Source: Myxococcota bacterium (lineage in GTDB: Bacteria > Myxococcota_A > UBA9160 > PR03). Taken from it: a stretch of 64,000 nt of DNA. How positions within the stretch are numbered: the first letter of the stretch is position 1; the number at the start of each line of letters is the position of its first letter. The DNA is taken from positions 1,863 through 65,862 of the forward strand of contig JBFIML010000019.1 in NCBI GenBank assembly GCA_041611735.1, in the 5' to 3' direction. Both the position numbers and the translations under genes were made by a program. The notes beneath the pieces were generated by a model, which worked only from the letters and a program-made list of their open reading frames with translations, was not told the DNA's origin and made no database searches. Positions 26,435-35,610 of the stretch are shown here, piece by piece.

Positions 26435-27417
26435 TGGGCGGCCGGCTCGTCCGTGCCTTCGCCTGGCTCGCCGGCGGGGCGCTCGCCCTGCTGGCGGCGC
26501 CCGGGTGGGCCTCGAGCCTGGAGGGCACCTGGCACGTGCTCGTGCACTACCGCGACGCGGACGTCCCGCATCCGGAGCGCGAGCGTTGGGAAGACCGGGT
26601 CTGGGTGTTCGAGCGCGAGGGAGAGCGACTCACCTGGACCGATTACCCGATCGTCGTCTTCGAGGACGATGACGGCCGCTTCGAGGCCTTCGGCAGCAAC
26701 CGCCAGGTGCGCACGCTCCATTTCTGGGAGCCCAACGAGGCGCAGCTCGCCCAGATCCGGTCCGGTCTCGAGGTGAACCCCCGGGGCTCCAAGCGGAAGT
26801 CCCTGCGCGGCTCCGACGCGTCGGGATGGCGCTCCGCAGGCGGCCCGAGGGCCGGCTCGGCCTCCGTGATCACGTACAGCGAGACCTGGGCCGTGGAGAC
26901 CCCAGCGGACCTCCCGGTCTTCGTGCGCGAGGACGAGCTCGGTTCGGGGCGCGCGATGGGTGTGGAGGGCCGCACCGAGTATCGCACCGAGACGGTGGAC
27001 GGGTCCGGAAGCGTGCTGCGCGGCCGCTACGAGCGGGACGGGACGCGACACGGGACCTTCGTGTTGCGCTCCGCCGGGGCCGTCTCGCCGGTGCGCGGAA
27101 GCGGCCTGACGCCCAACGAGCGCGTGCGGGCCATGCTGCTCGGCCAGGCCGGCTGGCGAATGGTGGATCGCGACCGCCTGCGCGAGCTCCTCGACGAGCC
27201 CCGGGAGGATCCGCTGCCCGAGACGAAGCGCGCCGCGATCCGCAGCGAGGTGGCAGCCGCCCTGGAGGAGCACGTCCGTCGCCAGGACGAGGATCCCGCC
27301 CGGCTGCGCCCGGAGATCGAGCGGCTGAGCCGCGAGATCGAACGGCTGCTCGTCGAAGAGCGGCGCAGCCTGGACGAGGTCCGGCGCCTCCTCGAGCAGG
27401 GCCGCCTGGCCCCGTGA
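26434..27417 (+). CDS. secreted hypothetical protein with a C-terminal charged helical tail
   Basis: TGATG overlap with the ThyX-like gene. Signal peptide 'AFAWLAGGALALLAAPGWA'. I recognise no family. Confidence 0.6.
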   Translation: MGGRLVRAFAWLAGGALALLAAPGWASSLEGTWHVLVHYRDADVPHPERERWEDRVWVFEREGERLTWTDYPIVVFEDDDGRFEAFGSNRQVRTLHFWEPNEAQLAQIRSGLEVNPRGSKRKSLRGSDASGWRSAGGPRAGSASVITYSETWAVETPADLPVFVREDELGSGRAMGVEGRTEYRTETVDGSGSVLRGRYERDGTRHGTFVLRSAGAVSPVRGSGLTPNERVRAMLLGQAGWRMVDRDRLRELLDEPREDPLPETKRAAIRSEVAAALEEHVRRQDEDPARLRPEIERLSREIERLLVEERRSLDEVRRLLEQGRLAP

Positions 27418-27443
27418 GGGGCGCCGCCGCTCCGCCGGGCCGG

Positions 27444-27902
27444 ATGCGGCTCGCGGCGCCGCGCGATCTGGATCGGGTCGTGGAGCTCTGGTACGAGCTG
27501 GTGGCCCACCACGCTCCCCTGCACCCGGCCTTCCGCGTGCGTTCCGGAGGCCGGGAGCAGGTGCGTGCCATGCTCCGCGAGGGCCTCGCCGGGCGCGACG
27601 CGGGGATCTGGGTGTGGGAGTCCGGGACGGACCTGGCCGGCTTCTGCATCGCACGCGTGCGCGGGGGGCCGACCCTCGCGAGCGAGCCGGCGCGCGGCGA
27701 GATCGAGGACCTCGGGGTGCGCGCCGACGCGCGTCGGCGGGGCATCGGGCGCGCGCTGGCCGAGGTGGCGATGGCCTGGCTGCGCGAACGGGGCCTCACC
27801 CGGGTCGAGGTGCGTGTCGCATCGGGCAACCACGAGGGCCAGGCCTTCTGGCGTGCGCTCGGCTTCGCCGATTTCGTGGACGTGCTGGACCTCCGGCTGT
27901 AA
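27444..27902 (+). CDS. GNAT family N-acetyltransferase
   Basis: 'IEDLGVRADARRRGIGRALAEVAMAWLRERG...GQAFWRALGF'. Confidence 0.85.
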   Translation: MRLAAPRDLDRVVELWYELVAHHAPLHPAFRVRSGGREQVRAMLREGLAGRDAGIWVWESGTDLAGFCIARVRGGPTLASEPARGEIEDLGVRADARRRGIGRALAEVAMAWLRERGLTRVEVRVASGNHEGQAFWRALGFADFVDVLDLRL

Positions 27903-27941
27903 GCTCTTCGCCATCCCAGGCACCGACCGAAGGACCGCGCC

Positions 27942-29276
27942 ATGGCCTCCGACGCGCTCAATCTCCTGGCCCGCGAGCTGAACGAGCGTCTGGAGCAGGC
28001 GGCTCCCGAGGTGTTCACGATGCTCTCACCCCTGGGGCGCCGCCTCTATTTTCCGCGCGGCATCCTCTCCCAGACTGCCGAGGCCAAGGCGAAGGCCAGC
28101 CGCTTCAACGCCACCATCGGGATCGCCACGGAAAAGGGCGGTCCCATGTACCTGCCCTCGGTGCACCGACACCTGGTGGAGGTGGCGCCAGCGGACGCCT
28201 ACCCCTACGCGCCGCCGGCGGGCCGTCCGAGCCTGCGAGAGCGATGGCGCGAGAAGATGCTGGCCGAGAACCCCTCGTTGCGCGGGAAGCACTTCGGCCT
28301 GCCGATCGTGACGAGCGCCCTCACCCACGGCCTGGCGCTGGCCGGCGACCTGTTCGTGGAGGAGGGCGACCGCATCCTGCTGCCCGACAAGCTGTGGGGC
28401 AACTATCGGCTGACCTACGAGGTGCGGCTCGGTGCCGAGATCGTGACCTTCCCATTCTACGCGGGCTCCGGCTTCGACAGCGCCGGCCTGGCCCGGGTGC
28501 TGGAGGAGCAGGCGGGCGAGCGCGACAAGCTGCTGGTCCTGCTCAACTTCCCCAACAACCCGACGGGCTACATGCCGACGCCTGCCGAGGGGCGGGCGAT
28601 CGAGGCGGCGCTGGTGGCCCGGGCGGAGCGCGGCACGCGCCTCGTGGTGCTGCTGGACGACGCCTACTTCGGACTCTTCTACCACCTGGGCGGTCCGTCC
28701 ATGACCGAGTCGCTGTTCGGGGCCCTCACGAACCGGCACCCGAACCTGCTGGCAGTCAAGCTCGACGGCGCCACCAAGGAGCTCTTCGTGTGGGGGCTGC
28801 GCTGCGGCTTCCTCACCTTCGGGCCGGGTCGGCGGGAGGCCGCCCAGGCCGTCACCGAGGTGCTGGACGCCAAGGCTCGGGGCGCCATCCGCGGTGCCAT
28901 CTCGAACAGCTCGCAGCTCTCCCAGACGCTGGTGGAGCAGGCGCTCGCGTCTTCCTCCATCGACGAGGAGCGCAAGCAGAAGGCGGAGACCTTGCGGGCG
29001 CGCGCCGCGAAGGTGCACGAAGTGGTGGGCCGCCCGACCTTCCGGGAGAGCTTCGAGCCCTACCCGTTCAACAGCGGCTACTTCATGTGCGTGCGCGTGA
29101 AGGGGGTGGATGCGGAGCAGCTCCGGGTCCATCTGCTGGACCGCCACGGCGTCGGCCTCGTCTCGACGAGCGCGACCGACCTGCGCATCGCGTTCTCCTG
29201 CCTCGAGGTGGACGAGATCGAGCCGCTCTTCGAGACCCTCCACCAGGCGGTGCGGGAGCTGCGCCAGACCCGCTAG
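27942..29276 (+). CDS. class I/II PLP-dependent aminotransferase
   Basis: 'LLVLLNFPNNPTGYMPT', 'VVLLDDAYFGLFY', 'KLDGATKELFVWGLRCGF' (Lys-containing PLP site region). Confidence 0.9.
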   Translation: MASDALNLLARELNERLEQAAPEVFTMLSPLGRRLYFPRGILSQTAEAKAKASRFNATIGIATEKGGPMYLPSVHRHLVEVAPADAYPYAPPAGRPSLRERWREKMLAENPSLRGKHFGLPIVTSALTHGLALAGDLFVEEGDRILLPDKLWGNYRLTYEVRLGAEIVTFPFYAGSGFDSAGLARVLEEQAGERDKLLVLLNFPNNPTGYMPTPAEGRAIEAALVARAERGTRLVVLLDDAYFGLFYHLGGPSMTESLFGALTNRHPNLLAVKLDGATKELFVWGLRCGFLTFGPGRREAAQAVTEVLDAKARGAIRGAISNSSQLSQTLVEQALASSSIDEERKQKAETLRARAAKVHEVVGRPTFRESFEPYPFNSGYFMCVRVKGVDAEQLRVHLLDRHGVGLVSTSATDLRIAFSCLEVDEIEPLFETLHQAVRELRQTR

Positions 29277-30814
29277 GGCCGCTCGTCGAGGGCCTCCAGG
29301 ATCTGCACCAGCGTGCGAACCCCGCGTTCCAGGTTCTCGACCGAGATGCGCTCGTTGGGGCCATGGATGCCGTGGGTCTCGGCGGGGGGCAGCCAGCGCG
29401 GCACGAACCCGTAGGCGACGAGGCCGCGGTCGCGGAAGTAGTGGGCGTCGGTGAAGCCCGCGATGACGCGTGGCACGACGAGGGCCTCGGGGTCCACTTC
29501 GGCCGCCACCTGGCGGATGGCCTCGAACAGCGCGGTCTCCACCCGGGAGCTGCGGCTGTCGAAGGAGAGCAGGGGCTCGATCAGGAGCCCCGGGTCGTCC
29601 GCCAGACGGCGCACGCGTTCCAGGAAGGGCTCGCAGCGCTCGCCGGGCAGGAGTCGGGCGTCGAGCTCCGCGTACGCCTCGGCCGGCACCACGTTGGGGC
29701 GCGAGCCGGCCCGCAGCACGGAGATCACGATCGTGTCTCTCACCAGGGCGGCCCGGGCCGGGTCCGCCAGGAAGCGGCGGCGGAAGGCCGGGTCGTTCTC
29801 CAGGGCGCCGGCCAGATCGCCGAGGCCCGCCGCATCCTCGCCGGCGGCGATCGGGCTCAGGGCGGCGAACATGCGCGCGACCTCGGGCACGACGCGCACC
29901 TCGCTCTCCATGCGTCGCACCCGATCGAGGGCCGCCACGAGCCGTGGCACCGCCCCGTCGATGCCGGTGGTGGAAGCGTGCCCCGGCGCTCCTCGAGCCG
30001 TGATGCGCATCCAGCACGGGGATTTCTCGCTGACCGCGACACCCCAGACGTTGGGCCGGCCATCCTGGGTGGTGAGGATCCCGCCGCCTTCGGTGAGCAG
30101 GAACTCTGCACCCCCGAGGAGCTCGGGATGGCGCTCCACCAGGAAGCCGGCGCCGTGGCGACCGCCGGCCTCCTCGTCGGGCGTGGCCATCAGGATCACG
30201 TCGCGCTCGAGCCGCTGGCTGCGCCGCGCGATCTCGGTGAGCGCCAGCAGGTGCACGACCGCGACCCCCTTGGCGTCGAGGGCGCCCCGCCCCACCACGT
30301 AGCCCGCGGTCACCGTGCCCGCGAAGGGATCGACGGCCCACTCTTCGGGGTCGGCGGGCACCACGTCCAGGTGCGAGAGGAGCACGACGGGAGGCCGGCG
30401 TCCCGTGCCGCGCACGCGGACCCACAGGGCGGCGCGCCCCACGCGGGAGGCTCCCGAGGGTGTCTCCACGAGGCGCGCCTCGAGACCCTCGCGGCGCACG
30501 AAGGCGAGCAGGGCCTCTGCCAAGGGCCGCTCGTCGCCCGGTGGGTTCACGGTGGGCATGCGGATCGCGCCGGCCAGCAGTGCGGTGGCGGCGCCGGCCA
30601 GATCCTCGCCGGGCCGCGGAGCGCGACGATCCCGGAACGGCCAGAGGGCGTCGGCCGATGCGGCTGGAAGCATCAGGCCGACGAGAGCGAGGGCGAAGCA
30701 GAGGGCACCCCGGGGGATTCGTGGCCTTCTCCACGCGTGGAAAAGGCGCCACGAGGCCTGATGGTGATCCTCGTCACAATCCGAGTGCAGGTTCGAGAGG
30801 AGTTTGAAGTGCAC
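29273..30814 (-). CDS. M20 family metallopeptidase (secreted)
   Basis: 'VVLLSHLDVVPAD', 'GRGALDAKG', 'ATPDEEAGG', 'GAPGHAS', 'FTDAHYF'. There is an internal signal-like segment, and the only ATG is at 30814. Confidence 0.9.
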   Translation of the reverse strand: MHFKLLSNLHSDCDEDHHQASWRLFHAWRRPRIPRGALCFALALVGLMLPAASADALWPFRDRRAPRPGEDLAGAATALLAGAIRMPTVNPPGDERPLAEALLAFVRREGLEARLVETPSGASRVGRAALWVRVRGTGRRPPVVLLSHLDVVPADPEEWAVDPFAGTVTAGYVVGRGALDAKGVAVVHLLALTEIARRSQRLERDVILMATPDEEAGGRHGAGFLVERHPELLGGAEFLLTEGGGILTTQDGRPNVWGVAVSEKSPCWMRITARGAPGHASTTGIDGAVPRLVAALDRVRRMESEVRVVPEVARMFAALSPIAAGEDAAGLGDLAGALENDPAFRRRFLADPARAALVRDTIVISVLRAGSRPNVVPAEAYAELDARLLPGERCEPFLERVRRLADDPGLLIEPLLSFDSRSSRVETALFEAIRQVAAEVDPEALVVPRVIAGFTDAHYFRDRGLVAYGFVPRWLPPAETHGIHGPNERISVENLERGVRTLVQILEALDERP

Positions 30815-30870
30815 AAGTGCCGACTAATGATGTAACTATAGCGGCCCGATAAGGCCTGCCGGAGGCGCGG

Positions 30871-32241
30871 ATGTCCCAGCAGAAGAGCGCTTCGGCCGGG
30901 TGGAGTCGGCTGATCCGGTCGGGAGCCCTGCTCCCGTCCGCCGTGGCGGCAGCGGCCGCAGTCGGCCTGCTCGCTGCCTGGCTCCTGAACGGTGCGACCA
31001 GCAGCGCCGCGCTGGCGCCCCATCCGATCGTTTCCATGGCGCCCGAGCCGGTTGCGCCGGCACCCATGTCCGTGCCGGCCCCCGAGCCCGAGGGCGTCGC
31101 GTCGCCGCCGGAGCCCGAGCCGGAGCTGCGGGTGGCGCAGGGAACCGTGGAGGCCGGCAGCACCCTCTCCGGGGCCCTGGCCGAGCACGACGTTCCCCCC
31201 GGCCTCACCGACCGCATCGCGCGGGAGATGCGACCGGTCTTCGACTTCCGTCGCGCGCGCGAGGGACACCGCTTCCGGCTGGTGCACACGCCCGAAGGCG
31301 AGCTCGTCTCGTTCGACTACCGGGTCTCGCCGCTCGAACGCTACCGCCTCACGCCCGGCGAGGAGGATGCCTGGCTGGCCGAGCGTGAGGAGGTTCCGCT
31401 CGAGCGGCGACGCGCGCGGTTGGCCGGGCTCGTGACGAGCAGCCTCTACGACTCCATCCAGCAGCTCGGCGAGAGCCCCCAGCTGGCCCACGACGTGGCC
31501 GGCATCTTCGCCTGGGACGTGGACTTCACCCACGGCGTCCAGCCCGGCGACGAGTTCCGGGTGGTGTACGAGCGCCTCTACCTCGTCGAGGATGGAGAGG
31601 AGATCTACGTGGGCCCGGGGCGCGTGCTGGCGGCGCGCTACCGCGGCAACACCGGGGAGTACACGGCCGTCTACTACGAGCCCGAGGAGGGCCGCGGGGG
31701 CTACTACCGGCCCGACGGCACGTCCGTGGAGCGTCAGTTCCTCGCCGCGCCGGTCAGCTACACGCGCATCAGCTCGCGCTATTCCCCGGCGCGCTTCCAT
31801 CCCATCCTCGGGGTGTGGCGTCCCCACCACGGCATCGACTACGCCGCGCCGTGGGGCACGCCCGTCTGGTCCGTCGCCAACGGAAAGGTGATCCACAAGG
31901 GATGGGCCGGCGGCTTCGGCCGGCTCGTCAAGGTCCGTCACGCGAACGGCTACGTGTCCTACTACGCGCACCTCTCGCGCTTCGCCAACGGAATCGCGCT
32001 GGGTTCGGTCGTGCAGCAGAAGCAGGTGATCGGCTACGTCGGTTCGTCCGGTCTCGCCACGGGTCCGCACGTCTGCTACCGCATGACCCGGGGCGGCCGT
32101 TACGTGAACCCCACCTCCCTGCGCGTACCGGCGGGCGAGCCCATCGTCGCCCAGCGCCGCGTGGAGTTCGAGCAGGTGCGCAACGACCTGCTGGCGACCC
32201 TGAGCCCGCCGCGCCTCGTCGCGACCGACGAGGCCCTCTAG
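30871..32241 (+). CDS. M23 family metallopeptidase (MepM/NlpD-like)
   Basis: 'HHGIDYAAPWGTPVWSVANGKV...VRHANGYVSYYAHLS...GYVGSSGLATGPHVCY'. Confidence 0.9.
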   Translation: MSQQKSASAGWSRLIRSGALLPSAVAAAAAVGLLAAWLLNGATSSAALAPHPIVSMAPEPVAPAPMSVPAPEPEGVASPPEPEPELRVAQGTVEAGSTLSGALAEHDVPPGLTDRIAREMRPVFDFRRAREGHRFRLVHTPEGELVSFDYRVSPLERYRLTPGEEDAWLAEREEVPLERRRARLAGLVTSSLYDSIQQLGESPQLAHDVAGIFAWDVDFTHGVQPGDEFRVVYERLYLVEDGEEIYVGPGRVLAARYRGNTGEYTAVYYEPEEGRGGYYRPDGTSVERQFLAAPVSYTRISSRYSPARFHPILGVWRPHHGIDYAAPWGTPVWSVANGKVIHKGWAGGFGRLVKVRHANGYVSYYAHLSRFANGIALGSVVQQKQVIGYVGSSGLATGPHVCYRMTRGGRYVNPTSLRVPAGEPIVAQRRVEFEQVRNDLLATLSPPRLVATDEAL

Positions 32242-32426
32242 AACCCGACCTGCCGCGCGTGAACCCTGCCCGGCCCGGACGGGTGCTGCCGGACGCCGCT
32301 CTACCGGCTGGCCGGCCTTTGTGCCACGCTTGACGCGATGACGCGACCCCCCGCGCCGGCCGCCAACCCGTGGCGGGCGCCCGCCCCGCCGTCCGCGTGT
32401 CGGGCTCCCGGCCGGAGGTACGCCCG

Positions 32427-33791
32427 GTGAGCCTCGAGCGCCGCAGCAGCGAGGCCCTGGAGCGCCCGGTCGGCTGCCTGGCGGACCTGATCGGCTACCT
32501 GCGCGCGGGCGAGAAGCCCCCCGAACGCTGGCTCGTGGGGATCGAGCACGAGAAGCTCGCCGTCCTCGCTTCGGGAGCCCCGGTTCCCTACGAGGGGGAG
32601 GATGGCATCGAGAGCCTGCTGCGGCGGCTCGCCGACGCGGACGGCTGGAAGACGGTGGGCGAGGACGGCCGCGTGGTGGCGCTCGAGAAGGAGACCCTGG
32701 GCGTCTCCCTCGAGCCCGGTGCCCAGGTGGAGCTCGATGGCACGCCGCTGCGCACGGTGCACGCGCTCATGGCGGAGGTCGAGGGGCACCTGCAGCGGCT
32801 CAAGCGCCTGAGCGACCCGCTCGGAATCCACTGGCTCGGTGTCGGGCTGCATCCCTTCGCGGGCGTTGCGAGCGTGCCGCGGGTCCCGCGAGAACGCTAC
32901 CGCATGATGCGCGCGATCCTGTCGCAGCGCGGTGAGCTCTCGCTCGAGATGATGCACTGCACGGCGGCGATCCAGGCGAGCTTCGACTATGCGGACGAGG
33001 CCGACATGGTGGCCAAGATGCGTGCGGCCCTGGCCGTGACCCCCCTGGTGGCGGCGCTCTTTGCCAACTCCAGCGTGAGCGAAGGGCGGGCGAACGGCTT
33101 CGTCTCGCGCCGGCTGCACGTCTGGGGCGGAACCGATCCGGACCGGACCGGGATGCTTCCCTTCGTCTTCGAGCCGGACTTCGGCTACCAGCGCTACGTC
33201 GAGTATGCGCTCGACGTTCCGACGCTGTTCATCCGCCGGGGCGGTCGCTACCGGGAGGTCGGCGGCAAGACGTTCGGGCGTTTCCTGGACGAAGGTCACG
33301 AGGGCGAGCGCGCGACGCTGGCGGACTTCGACCTGCATCTGACCACGCTCTTTCCCCACGTGCGTCTCAAGCAGATCCTCGAGGTGCGCGTCTCGGATGC
33401 GGTGCCGGCACCGCTCCTCGGGGCGATCCCGGCGCTCTGGAAGGGGCTGCTCTACGACGCGGAAGCGCGGGAATTCGCCCTCGCTCATGCCCGTCGCTGG
33501 AGTCACGTGGACCGGCGCGCGTTGCTCGATGCCGTAGCCCGGGCCGGTCTGGCGGCCCGGGCGCCGGACGGGCCGGTGCTGCCGGCGGCCCGGGAGCTGG
33601 TGGCCGCGGCCCGGGCCGGGTTGCGCCGCCTGGCCGAGCGCGATCCCGCCGGCCGCGACGAGGGCCTCTTCCTCGAGCCGCTCGAGGCCCGTCTCGAGGA
33701 CGGGCGCAGCCCCGGCGAGGTCGTTCTCGAGCGTTGGCAAGGCGAGTGGGGCCGCTCTCCGCAGCGCTTGATCGAGTACGCGCGTTACTGA
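32427..33791 (+). CDS. gshA: glutamate--cysteine ligase, GCS2 (plant/proteobacterial) type
   Basis: 'VGIEHEKLAV', 'SLEPGAQVELDGTP', 'MMHCTAAIQASFDY', 'LFANSS', 'LTTLFPHVRLKQILEVR'. GTG at 32427 lies 8 nt after 'ggagg'. Confidence 0.85.
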   Translation: MSLERRSSEALERPVGCLADLIGYLRAGEKPPERWLVGIEHEKLAVLASGAPVPYEGEDGIESLLRRLADADGWKTVGEDGRVVALEKETLGVSLEPGAQVELDGTPLRTVHALMAEVEGHLQRLKRLSDPLGIHWLGVGLHPFAGVASVPRVPRERYRMMRAILSQRGELSLEMMHCTAAIQASFDYADEADMVAKMRAALAVTPLVAALFANSSVSEGRANGFVSRRLHVWGGTDPDRTGMLPFVFEPDFGYQRYVEYALDVPTLFIRRGGRYREVGGKTFGRFLDEGHEGERATLADFDLHLTTLFPHVRLKQILEVRVSDAVPAPLLGAIPALWKGLLYDAEAREFALAHARRWSHVDRRALLDAVARAGLAARAPDGPVLPAARELVAAARAGLRRLAERDPAGRDEGLFLEPLEARLEDGRSPGEVVLERWQGEWGRSPQRLIEYARY

Positions 33792-33823
33792 TAGAGTGCG
33801 CCCGGCGCGCGAGGAGGTCGGGA

Positions 33824-34372
33824 ATGGCTCAGAAGTTCAAGATCCAATTCACGCTCGACGAGTCGGACCTGAACTTCTTCCGGGCCCTGTTCCGCAAGGC
33901 CCGCCAGGAGGCCACGCAGCGGGACTCCCAGGAGATCGTGAAGGTCGTGCAGGAGCTGATCAAGCGGGTGACGGCCCAGCGGAAGATCCCTTCCCTGGTG
34001 CAGGAGGCGACGCGGACGCTGGAGGACCTGATCGAGATGCTGAGCGACGAGGATTACGCGCTGCCCAAGCGTGTCTCCTCGGAGGTCATCGCGGCGCTCG
34101 CCTACTTCGCCGATCCCCAGGATCTGATTCCCGACGAGATCCCCGGGCTCGGCTTCCTGGACGATGCCATCATGATCAAGCTGCTCGAGAACGAGTTCCA
34201 GCACGAGCTGTGGGGCTACCGCAAGTTCCGCAGGTTCCGGCAGGGAGCCGAGCAGCGGCCCTGGACGTCCGTGGCCAAGGCGCGCCTGCCGCAGCGCCTG
34301 GAAGCCCAGCGCAAGGACATCCGGGGAAAGATCGATCAACGCAAGCGCGAGCGCCCGTCCTCGTGGTGGTAG
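33824..34372 (+). CDS. DUF1232 (YkvA-like) domain protein
   Basis: 'ALAYFADPQDLIPDEIPGLGFLDDAIMIKL'. ATG at 33824 follows 'gaggagg'. Confidence 0.75.
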   Translation: MAQKFKIQFTLDESDLNFFRALFRKARQEATQRDSQEIVKVVQELIKRVTAQRKIPSLVQEATRTLEDLIEMLSDEDYALPKRVSSEVIAALAYFADPQDLIPDEIPGLGFLDDAIMIKLLENEFQHELWGYRKFRRFRQGAEQRPWTSVAKARLPQRLEAQRKDIRGKIDQRKRERPSSWW

Positions 34373-34403
34373 GTCCACGGCGCGGGCCAACCTGCGTCCG
34401 GCG

Positions 34404-35552
34404 ATGAACGCTTCTTCGCTCCCGCGCATCCTGGTCGTCGACGACGAGGAAGCCATCCTCGAGACGATGGCCTTCACGTTCGAGAGCGAGTACGAGGTGC
34501 TGACGGCCCTCGACGCCCGCAAGGCGCTCACGCTGCTGGACGACCGGGCGCCGGTGGCGGCGGTGATCACGGACCAGCGCATGCCCGAGATGACCGGGGT
34601 CGAGTTCCTGGCCCGGGTCTGCCGGCGGCACCCCTCCACCACGCGCATCATCCTGACCGGCTTCGCGGACATGGATGCCATCGTCCAGGCCATCAACGAG
34701 GGCCACGTGTACGCCTACGTGGCGAAGCCGTGGGAGCCCGAGGAGCTCAAGCAGGTGGTCCGCCGGGCGGTGGAGCACCACCGGCTGCTGCTGGAGAACG
34801 AGAAGCTCCTGGGGGATCTCAAACACACCAATCTCTTCCTGGAGGCGGCCATGGACGAGATTCCCATGGGCGCCGTGGCCGTGGACGCGCGCAGCGTGGT
34901 GCGGGCCGCCAACCGAACCGCCCGGGAGTACGTGGGCCTCGAGACCGATCCCCGGGGTCAGACCCTGGACGAGGTGCTGGCAGCCGCTCCGCTCTCCCGG
35001 ATGCGTACGGTGGCTCGCGAGCTTTCGGACGGCGGGGAGGGCCGCTTCGAGGAGCTGGAGCTGTCCATGCGTGGCTGTCCCCTGCGCCTGCGTCTGTCCG
35101 TGCGCAACCTGAGCGATGCTTCCGGGCGGTCCCTGGGCCGGGTGATCCTGCTGCGCGAGATCTCCCACGAGCCCCTGCGGCGGCGCCTCGACGAGATCGA
35201 GCAGGAGCTGCTCGACCCGGATCCCGGTATTCGCAAGCGCTTGGAGCAGGCGGTGGAGGAGATGAGACGCCTGACGGGCGAGGTGCGTGGGCGCCGGATC
35301 CGCTCACCGGGCATGGAAGAGCTCGGGGAGCGGATCTCCCGCATGCAGACCGCCGTGGAGAACTGGCTCGCGGTGGACGAGGCGCTGGCGCGCGAGGAGT
35401 ATCCCGACGCCCGGGTCCTGGTGGACCGCATGCGGTTGGCCCTGGCGCGCTGGCCCAGCCCCGAACAGCTCCCGGAGCCGATTCGGGAGCTGGCACGTCG
35501 CGTGGAGAGCTACTACGAGTCTGGCGAGAACTCCGGACAGAGCGTTCTCTGA
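34404..35552 (+). CDS. response regulator: REC + PAS-like domain + unknown helical C-terminal domain
   Basis: 'ILVVDDEEAILE...AAVITDQRMPEMTGVEFL...YVAKPWEPEEL', followed by a PAS-like 'MGAVAVDARSVVRAANRTAREYVGLE'. Confidence 0.85.
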   Translation: MNASSLPRILVVDDEEAILETMAFTFESEYEVLTALDARKALTLLDDRAPVAAVITDQRMPEMTGVEFLARVCRRHPSTTRIILTGFADMDAIVQAINEGHVYAYVAKPWEPEELKQVVRRAVEHHRLLLENEKLLGDLKHTNLFLEAAMDEIPMGAVAVDARSVVRAANRTAREYVGLETDPRGQTLDEVLAAAPLSRMRTVARELSDGGEGRFEELELSMRGCPLRLRLSVRNLSDASGRSLGRVILLREISHEPLRRRLDEIEQELLDPDPGIRKRLEQAVEEMRRLTGEVRGRRIRSPGMEELGERISRMQTAVENWLAVDEALAREEYPDARVLVDRMRLALARWPSPEQLPEPIRELARRVESYYESGENSGQSVL

Positions 35553-35610
35553 GCCTCGACCGGCCGAGGGAGGGGTCGAGCGCCTCGAGCTTCCGCTCGA
35601 GCGCCTGCGC

